Source: Gammaproteobacteria bacterium
GTDB lineage: Bacteria; Pseudomonadota; Gammaproteobacteria; UBA1113
Assembly (NCBI GenBank): GCA_965230635.1
Contig: CBDDLJ010000008.1
Span: 1,306 to 65,305 of the forward strand
Length of the DNA stretch: 64,000 nucleotides
Direction: 5' to 3'
The notes under the pieces were generated by a model. The model was not told the DNA's origin. It saw only the letters and a program-made list of their open reading frames with translations, and did no database searches. Of the stretch, positions 41,483-50,072 are shown piece by piece. A program made the position numbers and the translations under genes. Numbering within the stretch: position 1 is the first letter of the stretch; every line of letters starts with the position of its first letter.

Positions 41483-42991
41483 TTGATAATGAATAAAAGT
41501 GAAACGTTTAAAGATCTAAAAGACTTGGCAAGAGACCAACGCTTTAATACTCTAGGAAAGCAGTTCCTTACTTCTACTAACTTCATGAATAATTTGATGA
41601 GCTTAGTGGAGAATGATAACAACTTCGATGAAGTAAAAATACAAATAAGCACTTGCCCAGACAGACTTTATGAGCCGTTAAACATTGATCTTGAAACACT
41701 TTTGCACTATGCAGTTAAAGCAGGTGCAAAAAAAAATGTTGCATACCTTCTATCAGAAGGAGCTAATGCTAACCAGAAAAATGAGAATGACCAAACACCT
41801 TTTATGTATTGTATTATCTACGACAAAAAAGCTTTCTTTGACTTATTCTTAACAAAGAAAATCGACTTCAGCATTAAAGATAAAAATAATAATACAGCAT
41901 TACATCATGTTTTTTTAACCTCAGAAGGAGATCTTCGAAAGGCTAATAGTGATTTTTTAGAAGCCATCATAGAGAAATTCACACAGGCAAATATCGACTT
42001 GAACCCTTTGAACAATAGTGGTTTTTCTCCTCTATCTCTCGCTGAACAAGCTGCAGATCAAAAAAGTAAAAAAATACTTATAGATGCAATCGAACAAGCC
42101 AGTATTTCTCATGAAGAAAGACCTAAAAATAAAACGAGACCTCAACTATCGCTTGAAGCAGAAAAGCAAAACGCTTCCCCTCGTGCCTACTCCACTAGCT
42201 CAATGATAAAAGAATTTTCTTGTAAAATAGACATGCCTGAGGCTACTCCAGAAAGCTTTTCTTATGAACATTTACAACAAAAACTCAATTTCAATAACCG
42301 TAATGATCTTAGCCATCCAACAAAAGCAAGTATGATTGGCGGTTTATCGATACTACACAATCACTTTATATGGCAAGGCTACCTGGCTACCGTTAAAGAA
42401 TTAGATATAACGCAATGTAAGCAGGCATCTATAGACGAAAAACATAGTGCCTGTGAACAAATCATCAAAGCTGTAAAAGATGCTCTGTTGACATACCTTA
42501 CAATTTGGGGGCAAGCATCTCCTCATACGACAAGAGAAATAAACAATACCCTTGTAACCAAACTTGAAACCAAAAGAACATCCTATGTAGAATTAAATGG
42601 CATTCAGCTTATTGACTTTAACCTAGAAAAAACTGTCAAAAACATTATTGGTTTTTTGAAAAACGGTTCCGGACAATGGAACCCAGGCAAGCGACTAAAA
42701 AATACATCTGACTATCAAAAAAACAATGGACCATCAATTAAAGTATTACTCATGAAAAATTTGCTCACTATACCACTGTTTAATCGCAAAGTTCAAAATA
42801 ATCGGATCACCTTAGTCACACGAACTGAAATAGAACATGGGCTTGAATACGACTTGGATTTAACTAAAAGAAATTTTGGTGGTTGTTATATCTCCGGCTT
42901 GATTTGTTTCTTTGAAAATGAATGCAAACGCTTTGCAGGATTAGGCCAAAATCCTAGAGAACTAACAGAAACAATACTATGTCAGAGATAA
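41483..42991 (+). CDS. Ankyrin-repeat protein (eukaryotic-like; effector candidate)
   Basis: ANK repeats include TLLHYAVKAGAKKNVAYLLSEGANANQKNENDQTPFMYCIIYDKKAFFDLFLTKKIDFSIKDKNNNTALHHV and GFSPLSLAEQAADQKSKKILIDAI. The C-terminal 300 aa have no recognisable domain. Confidence 0.6.
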   Translation: MIMNKSETFKDLKDLARDQRFNTLGKQFLTSTNFMNNLMSLVENDNNFDEVKIQISTCPDRLYEPLNIDLETLLHYAVKAGAKKNVAYLLSEGANANQKNENDQTPFMYCIIYDKKAFFDLFLTKKIDFSIKDKNNNTALHHVFLTSEGDLRKANSDFLEAIIEKFTQANIDLNPLNNSGFSPLSLAEQAADQKSKKILIDAIEQASISHEERPKNKTRPQLSLEAEKQNASPRAYSTSSMIKEFSCKIDMPEATPESFSYEHLQQKLNFNNRNDLSHPTKASMIGGLSILHNHFIWQGYLATVKELDITQCKQASIDEKHSACEQIIKAVKDALLTYLTIWGQASPHTTREINNTLVTKLETKRTSYVELNGIQLIDFNLEKTVKNIIGFLKNGSGQWNPGKRLKNTSDYQKNNGPSIKVLLMKNLLTIPLFNRKVQNNRITLVTRTEIEHGLEYDLDLTKRNFGGCYISGLICFFENECKRFAGLGQNPRELTETILCQR

Positions 42992-43057
42992 CTTTTTTGA
43001 CAAGCATATTGACAAAATCAAAATCAGTAGACATGAATATGAGTAAGTCTAAAGCGA

Positions 43058-43615
43058 TTACTTTATTTTCTTGCTTATCATATCTAGTATAAATTTGACT
43101 CTTACTGCTGGCTCAGCCATTGGAATATCGGTAATGCGATAACCTAACTCATCATATCTTGCTCTTACGTCTTCGCCAAACTGCTTGGCTTGCTCAAATG
43201 TCATTTTGCGCTCATCATCATTCTGATATATCTCTTCCCAGGCAGAAAGAAAAAACACTTCGCCATTATATTGATATTGATGAGAAGCATAGGTATAGAC
43301 TCTCCGATCTAAATCAAAAAAATTGGCATAGCTTATATTATCTGGAATACCGCGGTCATATAGCACAGGCCCTTTGTGATCTACCATTTGCTTAAATTGA
43401 TAGATTGATCGTGATAACAGCAACTCAGCAAATAATGTCGGATCATGTTCAGGAAGGCCACCTCCACCTATAGCTCTTTGCTCTGCTAATATCTGTCTAG
43501 CAGGCTCATCAATACATACAAAGTCTAGTTTTCTTAGTTCCTGGAGAATTGTTGATTTTCCAGCACCCATAGCGCCAGTGATAATAAAGTAATTTTCTTT
43601 AATATTTTTAACCAT
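43058..43615 (-). CDS. Small P-loop NTPase/kinase-like protein (AAA_28/AAA_33-like)
   Basis: The Walker A IITGAMGAGKSTIL is present. The protein is 185 aa. Confidence 0.5.
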   Translation of the reverse strand: MVKNIKENYFIITGAMGAGKSTILQELRKLDFVCIDEPARQILAEQRAIGGGGLPEHDPTLFAELLLSRSIYQFKQMVDHKGPVLYDRGIPDNISYANFFDLDRRVYTYASHQYQYNGEVFFLSAWEEIYQNDDERKMTFEQAKQFGEDVRARYDELGYRITDIPMAEPAVRVKFILDMISKKIK

Positions 43616-43701
43616 ACATAAGCCTACGCTTCAATCCTCAACAATTTTGTGTCAATGCTCCTTGATCCCAAAAGGCAGCGTTATGCTGCCATACTTTTCT
43701 G

Positions 43702-44211
43702 CTACCTCTCATTAGTTATTCCATAAATTTCAACATCAATACCTTGAATGATTGTTTTTTTGATTAAAAGCATACCGACCTTCGATGCAACTTTTTTCGA
43801 TGCAATGTTTTCCAGATGAATAATTGAAATTAGTTTTTGAATATTCAGGACGTTAAAAGCATGATCTTTTACTTCTTGAGCAGCTTCTGTTGCTAATCCT
43901 TGTCCCCAGTATTTTTTAGCTAAACGATAGCCTAATTCGATGCATTCTTTATCATCAACGACTTGCTTGATAAGACCACAAAATCCAATTAACTCATTTG
44001 ATTTTTTATGGATTAATACTATTAAGCCAAACCCCTGGTTTTCATAGGCTTTAATCCATTTAGCTACTTTGATTTGTGTTTGCTTTCTGTCGTGAGCACC
44101 ACCGCCAATATATTTCATCACGTCAGGATCAGCACATATTGCAGAAAACACATCAATATCATTACTACAAAATGGCCTCATAAGCAGACGATCTGTTTCA
44201 ACGACTTTCAT
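43702..44211 (-). CDS. GNAT family N-acetyltransferase (RimJ/RimL-like)
   Basis: The motifs GFGLIVLIHKKSNELIGFCGL and LAKKYWGQGLATEAA form the acetyl-CoA binding region. Confidence 0.7.
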   Translation of the reverse strand: MKVVETDRLLMRPFCSNDIDVFSAICADPDVMKYIGGGAHDRKQTQIKVAKWIKAYENQGFGLIVLIHKKSNELIGFCGLIKQVVDDKECIELGYRLAKKYWGQGLATEAAQEVKDHAFNVLNIQKLISIIHLENIASKKVASKVGMLLIKKTIIQGIDVEIYGITNER

Positions 44212-44329
44212 AGAATAATTTTGCTTATTATTTTCAGAAATTTCCTTGCCTTTAGGTGTAATAACATAATATTTTGTTTCCGCACTATAATGAACAAAGT
44301 TATAAGATTTTGATTTTAAATAAAAAATT

Positions 44330-44406
44330 TGGCGCGCCCGGAGAGATTCGAACTCCCGACCGCCTGGTTCGTAGCCAGGTACTCTATCCAGCTGAGCTAC
44401 GGGCGC
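44330..44406 (-). tRNA. tRNA-Arg (anticodon ACG)
   Basis: Reverse-complement sequence: GCGCCCGTAGCTCAGCTGGATAGAGTACCTGGCTACGAACCAGGCGGTCGGGAGTTCGAATCTCTCCGGGCGCGCCA. The anticodon loop is CUACGAA. Confidence 0.85.
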
Positions 44407-44440
44407 ACTATTTTTACTTCAGTGAAATTATCACACTCTG

Positions 44441-44533
44441 TGGCGGAGAGAGAGGGATTCGAACCCTCGATGAAGTTATAAGCCCCATACTCCCTTAGCA
44501 GGGGAGCGCCTTCAGCCGCTCGGCCATCTCTCC
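44441..44533 (-). tRNA. tRNA-Ser (anticodon GCT), class II with a long variable arm
   Basis: Reverse-complement sequence: GGAGAGATGGCCGAGCGGCTGAAGGCGCTCCCCTGCTAAGGGAGTATGGGGCTTATAACTTCATCGAGGGTTCGAATCCCTCTCTCTCCGCCA. The anticodon loop is CUGCUAA. Confidence 0.85.
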
Positions 44534-45204
44534 GATGCATGTAATAATGTACCATACTGCTCGCTACTAGTGCCTTAGCAAAGTGCAACGAAAGCAGGCA
44601 AAATCACAAGTGCTGTAGTATATACTCATTACACTTAGAGATGCAATCTTTCTGCCTCCTCTGGATCATCAGCGTTTTTTGATGACAAAACTCTCACCGA
44701 AACAAAATTGATCGCCTAAATAATCAACACAAGCAGTTTTCTTACAAACACCCTGTTTTTAAGCAATTCTGTTACTTTTAGCGGTGTTTACCGTATTATT
44801 TTCTCCATTTTTCTACAAAATGTTTATAATTTTTACAGTAGACTATTTTTACATCAGTCAATTTTCGCCCATTTTTTTAAGCCTGTTCTGCTGTTTTTTT
44901 AACCACTGAATTATCAGGACACGACCGTCGCGCCGTAAAAGCAAGGCGTACAAACCGCTATTGTGCTCAAGACGATTAATATCGCTAACACGCCAGCTAA
45001 ATTAAGCAAAATTAACGACAAAACCATCTCCGTATCATTCCAGCTTTGTGTTTTTTTTGAGCATTTACTGTAGGATCTGGGTAAATCCGCCAATAGCTAA
45101 TTCTGCGTGCAAGGACAACGCTGCAAACCCAGTCAACGCCAATACCGTTTTTTCACTTTGGTACTAAAACGGTAGAGTGTTTTTTAGCATGATCACTTCA
45201 CTCT

Positions 45205-45310
45205 CTTTTTTCTCTCAATGGGTCACGGCGGCTCTTTCTTAAAAAATAATTCTAACTCAGATCTCATTGAGAAAAGAGGGTTCCTATTTATTTAGATGCA
45301 ATATCCAGAA
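45205..45310. repeat. Direct repeat, copy 1 (about 100 bp), immediately downstream of the paralog B stop. It is homologous to the 5' leader of paralog B at 49345..49440.
   Basis: Copy 1 reads ...ggtcacggcggctctttcttaaaaaataattctaactcagatctcattgagaaaagagggttcctatttatttagatgcaatatccag. Copy 2 reads ...gggcgacggttgttttttagaaagtaattctaactcatttatcttagtgagaaaagagagctcctatttatttagatgaaatatcag. Identity is about 80-85%. Confidence 0.55.
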
Positions 45311-45318
45311 TACCTTGC

Positions 45319-48300
45319 TCATTGCATAACCCGCCTGATATTCCTGTAGCTTGTTTGCACACTGCTCTTTTCAGTATGTTGTGAAGAAAAAAAACTCATT
45401 ACTGATTTAGAAAATAAACTCAACTTAGAGAGAATGCTGACTGAATTGTCAATATCCATTCTATAAGGCTGCAGATCTTGTTTGATTTGCTGAATAATAG
45501 ACTGCGACAATGCTAATTGTTCTGTTTGTCCTGCTTGCACCACAACCACAGTGCTGGCTTGCTCATACACTAATACACGATGTTTTACTAATTGTTCCCT
45601 AATATACTGGCGACTCTTATCATGAATTTTCTTATACAAAGGCAATAGTAAATGCACTGGGATATCGCCGGAGTGTGATAGATCACCTCCAAAACTGTCT
45701 GTGAACAAAAAACTATCTAGAGAGGCTTGGACTTTATTTGGCTGCTTGAACAATTGAATTTCACTTGTCGTCAACCTGCCGCTAAAATATTCACTTACTT
45801 TCTTATCCTGACATAACACCAATAATACCGCATCCATCAATTCTGGGGTTGGTGACAAATGCTTAACGGCGCTTATCCCCAGCTCACCGCGAACATAATT
45901 ACTTACCGTCTTATCCCGAACGAATGCCAATACCACATCCACCGACAAATACGAAGCGGCGCTTTTCGCCAACTTGCAGCGAAAATAATCCATCAACGTC
46001 TCATCCTGAAGGAACGCCAATACCGCATCCACATATTCTGGGATTGGTGACAAATGCGTAACAATGCTTTTCATAACCCTGCCGCGAACATCCTCATTTA
46101 CCGCCTCATCCTGAAGGAACGCCAATACCGCATCCACACATTCTGGAGTTTGTGACAAATGCTCAACGACGCTTATCGCTAGATCCTCGCGATAATAATC
46201 ACTTGCCGTCTCATCCCGAAGGAACGCCAATACCGCATCCATACATTCTGGGATTTTTGACAAATGCGTAACGACGCTTTTCATAACCATGCCGCGAGCA
46301 CGATTACCTACCGCCTTATCCTGAAGGAACGCCAATACCGCATCCACCAATTCTGGAGTTGGTGGCAAATGCGCAACAGCACTTCTGGCCAGCATGCCGC
46401 GAATATAATCACTTGCCGTCTCATTCCGAAGGAATGCCAGTAACGCATCCACCAATTCTGGAGTTGGTGACAAATGCGCAACAGCACTTCTGGCCAGCGC
46501 GCCGCGAACACGATCCTCTACCGTCTCATCCCAAAGGAACGCCAATACTGCATCCACACATTCTGGGGTTTGTGAGAAATACGCAGCGACGCTTCTCGCC
46601 AGATTGTCGCGAACATAATTATCTACCGCCTTATCCCGAAGGAACGCCAATACCGCATCCACACATTCTGGAGTTTGTGGCAAATACACAGCGCCTCTAA
46701 TCGCCAGCGCGCCGCGAACACGATCCTCTACCGTCTCATCCCGAAGGAACAGCAATACCGCATGCACACATTCTGGGGTTTGTGGCAAATACGCAACGAC
46801 GCTGCTTGCCAGCGCGAGACGAACAGAGTCACTTACCTTCTCATTCCGAAGTAACGCCCATATCGCATCCGCAAATCCTGGGGTTTGTGACAAGTGTGCA
46901 ATGGCACTTCTCGCTAGTTCGCTGCGAACATCTCCATCCACTTGCTCATCCCGAAGGAACGCCCATACTGTGTCCACAAATTCTGAGGTTGGTGGCAGAT
47001 GCGAAACGGCACTTCTCACCAGATCGCAACGAACATACCTACCATCCAATTGCTCATCCCGAAGCAACGCCCATACTGCATCCACAAACTCTGGGGTTAG
47101 TGGCAGATGCGAAACGGCATTCCTCACCAGATTGCAACGAAGATGACCACTTACCGTCTCATCCAAAAGGAACACCGATACCGTACCCACACATTCTGGG
47201 GTTTGTGGCAAATACGCAGCGACGCTTTTCGCTAGCTCACCGCGAAAATAACCACTTACCGTCTGATTCAGAAGAAACGCCAATACCGTATCGGCATTCA
47301 AGCGAATGAGCCTAGGATGCATGGAAAAAATATCTATTGTAGTCTGCTGCCATGATTCTGGCAGCTCGTTAAACCGCTTTATAAGTTGTTTAACTGCACG
47401 CAACAAGGTTTGCTGTTGTAAGCCTATTACATGTGTGTCCGTACTAGAGGGCAAACTTGATTCCAAACAACGCATCAGCAAATCAAACTCAACAAACCCA
47501 AGCCAGTCTTTGGGACCTGCTACTAAAGTCGACAGAAAATCATCTAATACTGTCGGATATCGACTCAACAAACCGGCTACTGATGGCCATACTAAGGTGA
47601 AATTGGGATGATATTTATACCTATGGATGACTTGCGTTAAGTGTGTTTTTTTCTCTTCTGTGCCTTGTCTCAACGTCACGGCTATCACGTTTGCCGCTAA
47701 AAATTCTTGAAACGATAAATGGAGAAATTCATACCTCTGGTGTGCTTTTATTGCACGCCCAACTTGCTTCAATAAGCCTAATGCTCTCAACGCTGGCACA
47801 TTGAGTTGCTTTAACCGATTCTCCGATAATAATGTAGGGCTTTCATCACTGCTCTGAACGCCTTTTAACCAGCTGATGGGTAATTGCGCAGTATCTTGCC
47901 GTAACCCTTCAAAGGCCCAACACCCTAACGTGTCCAATAAACAGCGGATACTGGGGACTTCTAATACCATTTCATCATCTAATAACTTATTTTCATCCAA
48001 TTCACCTATTTTGGCCAGATAGCGCCGGCACACATTCACCATCAGCGACTCATACAAATCACTCACCGACATCTCACTCAGCAGTACCGGCTTATCGTGT
48101 TGACAAGTGGTTTCCCACCAAGTTTTGAGTAAATACGCATTAATCGGGATATGCACTATCGCCCAAAGGTCTGGATTCTGTTTTATGTCTTTAATAAAAT
48201 TATTGGTACGCCCAGTCGCTCCCAAATGTTTATTAAAAAACGTGAGCACACTCTCATCGGAAAAGCCTTGGATTTCCACCAACCTGTCATGGCTTAGCCA

Positions 48301-49296
48301 TTGCCGTAAATTGCTTACCGCATAAGGCCTTGTCGTTACCAATTTCTTAAACGGCAATCCAAATAATTGCTTAAGCAAACCATGCCAAGGACTGTCCATC
48401 TCAAACATCGGTAACTCATCTAAACCATCTAGCAAAAGTAAATACTTATCAGGAGCCTCACGCCATCGTGATAAGAGTTCTGCTGCCTCAGCAACCAACA
48501 TGTCTAACCCATTCCAGCACGTAAGACGCAATAACTCGGTAATACCCCATGCTGAGATATTGGGCCCCATTATCTCCGGACGCAAACTGCGACAACGAAT
48601 AATCAATACCCCATCAAAATCTGACCACAACCCTTCTTTACCCTCGCCTTGTTTGAAAAGCGCCCATTGGTAAGCAATATAATCTATCAAGGTTGTCTTA
48701 CCTACACCTGCCGCCCCGGATACCACAACCGTATCGATAGATACTGATGACTTGCCATTGGCACCTTGATAGGCTGAGGGTTGAAACAAATCACTCGGTG
48801 CAATAGCTTCTTTTTTACCGACCAGTCTATCACGCTCTCGTAATGGTTTGTGAGAGCGCTTATCGTCATTGCTTTGCGTTACCTCATTTCTCTCATAAGC
48901 TTTCACCACCACCTGAAGATTGACAAAATAATCTGCTAGCGAAAAGTAATCCGTATCAAATAAGCGCTTGTTCACAAAGCTTGTCTCGGTATAGTGGGCT
49001 GTTAATTGTGTTTGCAAGCGCTGCAGTAAATCAGGAAAAACAGGCTGCGTTTGAGGTGACTGACTTTCAGTTTTATTAAAACTGTCCTTAATTGTTAGAT
49101 TCACATTAACCTGCCCTTGCTCCGAAGCAGAATTATTTTTAAAAGGTATGGTAATGCAAGGCATGTCAGTTAGCGGGGATTTTTCTCCAGCTAATTTTTC
49201 GGTTGATGCTTCAGATGCTTTATTAAGGGCCATTGATGACGTGCCTGAGGGGGTTGCACTATCTGCTGTCGGTTGTGTAGTAGAACCGTTATCCAT
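45319..49296 (-). CDS. Giant STAND NTPase (paralog B, 1325 aa): short S/T-rich N-terminus, NACHT domain, about 15 HEAT-like 35-aa repeats, and a conserved C-terminal module
   Basis: Walker A VVVSGAAGVGKTTL (about 48694..48720), Walker B YLLLLDGLDELP, KKLVTTRPYA, QGF and HIPINAYLL define a NACHT domain. HEAT-like repeats (PECVDAVLAFLRDETVEDRVRGALARSAVAHLSPT) span 45741..47304. The C-terminal DIPVHLLLPLYKKIHDKSRQYIREQLVKHRVLVYEQ is shared. An AGGAGG Shine-Dalgarno sequence lies 5-10 nt upstream of the ATG at 49296. Confidence 0.8.
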   Translation of the reverse strand: MDNGSTTQPTADSATPSGTSSMALNKASEASTEKLAGEKSPLTDMPCITIPFKNNSASEQGQVNVNLTIKDSFNKTESQSPQTQPVFPDLLQRLQTQLTAHYTETSFVNKRLFDTDYFSLADYFVNLQVVVKAYERNEVTQSNDDKRSHKPLRERDRLVGKKEAIAPSDLFQPSAYQGANGKSSVSIDTVVVSGAAGVGKTTLIDYIAYQWALFKQGEGKEGLWSDFDGVLIIRCRSLRPEIMGPNISAWGITELLRLTCWNGLDMLVAEAAELLSRWREAPDKYLLLLDGLDELPMFEMDSPWHGLLKQLFGLPFKKLVTTRPYAVSNLRQWLSHDRLVEIQGFSDESVLTFFNKHLGATGRTNNFIKDIKQNPDLWAIVHIPINAYLLKTWWETTCQHDKPVLLSEMSVSDLYESLMVNVCRRYLAKIGELDENKLLDDEMVLEVPSIRCLLDTLGCWAFEGLRQDTAQLPISWLKGVQSSDESPTLLSENRLKQLNVPALRALGLLKQVGRAIKAHQRYEFLHLSFQEFLAANVIAVTLRQGTEEKKTHLTQVIHRYKYHPNFTLVWPSVAGLLSRYPTVLDDFLSTLVAGPKDWLGFVEFDLLMRCLESSLPSSTDTHVIGLQQQTLLRAVKQLIKRFNELPESWQQTTIDIFSMHPRLIRLNADTVLAFLLNQTVSGYFRGELAKSVAAYLPQTPECVGTVSVFLLDETVSGHLRCNLVRNAVSHLPLTPEFVDAVWALLRDEQLDGRYVRCDLVRSAVSHLPPTSEFVDTVWAFLRDEQVDGDVRSELARSAIAHLSQTPGFADAIWALLRNEKVSDSVRLALASSVVAYLPQTPECVHAVLLFLRDETVEDRVRGALAIRGAVYLPQTPECVDAVLAFLRDKAVDNYVRDNLARSVAAYFSQTPECVDAVLAFLWDETVEDRVRGALARSAVAHLSPTPELVDALLAFLRNETASDYIRGMLARSAVAHLPPTPELVDAVLAFLQDKAVGNRARGMVMKSVVTHLSKIPECMDAVLAFLRDETASDYYREDLAISVVEHLSQTPECVDAVLAFLQDEAVNEDVRGRVMKSIVTHLSPIPEYVDAVLAFLQDETLMDYFRCKLAKSAASYLSVDVVLAFVRDKTVSNYVRGELGISAVKHLSPTPELMDAVLLVLCQDKKVSEYFSGRLTTSEIQLFKQPNKVQASLDSFLFTDSFGGDLSHSGDIPVHLLLPLYKKIHDKSRQYIREQLVKHRVLVYEQASTVVVVQAGQTEQLALSQSIIQQIKQDLQPYRMDIDNSVSILSKLSLFSKSVMSFFSSQHTEKSSVQTSYRNIRRVMQ
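45741..47304 (-). repeat. In-frame tandem array of 105-bp (35-aa) HEAT/E-Z-type repeats inside paralog B
   Basis: The repeats are highly regular: TPE(C/L/F)VDAV(L/W)AFL(R/Q)DE(T/Q)V...VR..LA.SAVAHLS. Long antisense stop-free pseudo-ORFs are present. Confidence 0.75.
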
Positions 49297-49300
49297 AATA

Positions 49301-49306
49301 CCTCCT
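49301..49306 (-). promoter_or_regulatory. Shine-Dalgarno sequence (AGGAGG) of paralog B
   Basis: The plus-strand cctcct at 49301-49306 is the reverse complement of AGGAGG. It lies 5 nt upstream of the ATG (reverse complement of cat at 49294-49296). Confidence 0.5.
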
Positions 49307-49344
49307 GTTGCAATATAATCACAAAAATTGGCTAAACTGGCTCA

Positions 49345-49440
49345 TCACAATATGGGCGACGGTTGTTTTTTAGAAAGTAATTCTAACTCATTTATCTTAG
49401 TGAGAAAAGAGAGCTCCTATTTATTTAGATGAAATATCAG
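49345..49440. repeat. Direct repeat, copy 2 (leader region upstream of paralog B)
   Basis: See the entry for copy 1 at 45205..45310. Confidence 0.55.
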
Positions 49441-49628
49441 TGTGGCGATTTTTGTTCACTCGAAAAATCGCTATATGACTATATTTTAACTATCACGAAC
49501 AGCAAAAAAATAAAATATTATTATTTATCAATTTATTAGAAAAAAATCTGTACTCTTCAATAAAAAATACATGACGTTGTTGATTAATTGTTAATCGATT
49601 TTCAAGGTGGACTAAAATATATACTTTG

Positions 49629-49662
49629 ATGGGTAAAACATACTCGAAATAATTATAGAACT
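49629..49662 (-). terminator. Candidate intrinsic terminator downstream of csrA
   Basis: The inverted repeat ctcgaaata-(N10)-tatttcgag is followed on the minus strand by a T-rich stretch. It lies 50-80 nt after the csrA stop. Confidence 0.3.
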
Positions 49663-49709
49663 ATTTCGAGCTGTATTTTTTTCGGTAATAATGCTGAAAC
49701 TGTTTAACA

Positions 49710-49919
49710 TTACACATCTTCACCGCTAGAGTCTTTCTGTTCAGGCTTTCCCTGCTTTTCTTCCTGTATACGTAAATAAATTTCTTCACGATGAACAGAC
49801 ACTTCTTTTGGAGCATTCACACCGATACGAACTTGGTTACCTTTAACACCAAGTACAGTCATTGTTACGTCATCTCCAATTATCAATGATTCACCGACAC
49901 GCCGTGTCAAAATGAGCAT
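49710..49919 (-). CDS. csrA: Carbon storage regulator CsrA
   Basis: [48 protein letters not shown] is nearly invariant in CsrA. Confidence 0.9.
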   Translation of the reverse strand: MLILTRRVGESLIIGDDVTMTVLGVKGNQVRIGVNAPKEVSVHREEIYLRIQEEKQGKPEQKDSSGEDV

Positions 49920-50072
49920 TATCTAACCTCCTTATCCTCTTACAACGCCATCTCCAGATGGGTCATACAGTTTACCTGGCTGTCTTACTATTCACTAGAA
50001 TAAAACAAACTATTTACCCTTTAGTATATGCAACCAAAATTAAGAAAAAATTAAGCAATGAAAAAAAAATTA

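Noticed and set aside
44397-44588. ORFs overlapping tRNA genes: 44397..44588 and 44274..44498 over tRNA-Arg and tRNA-Ser, 35883..36071 over tRNA-Arg(TCG), 32653..32934 over tRNA-Val, and 19893..20165 over tRNA-Pro.
   Set aside because: Their coordinates coincide with confidently folded tRNAs, so these are read-through artefacts of ORF calling.
44914-45027. A 37-codon hydrophobic minus-strand mini-ORF (MVLSLILLNLAGVLAILIVLSTIAVCTPCFYGATVVS) in the spacer between paralog B and tRNA-Ser.
   Set aside because: It is below any reasonable length threshold and has no obvious RBS. It could be chance in AT-rich DNA. It is noted only as a possible small membrane peptide or type-I-toxin-like candidate if transcript evidence appears.
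46359-47309. Long plus-strand ORFs antisense to paralog B (46359..46700, 46782..47309, 46901..47146), with P/H/T-rich repetitive translations.
   Set aside because: They lie entirely inside the 105-bp repeat array of a strongly supported minus-strand gene. Their low-complexity translations (PIPHPQTLGF...) are the expected by-product of stop-free antisense frames in repeats.
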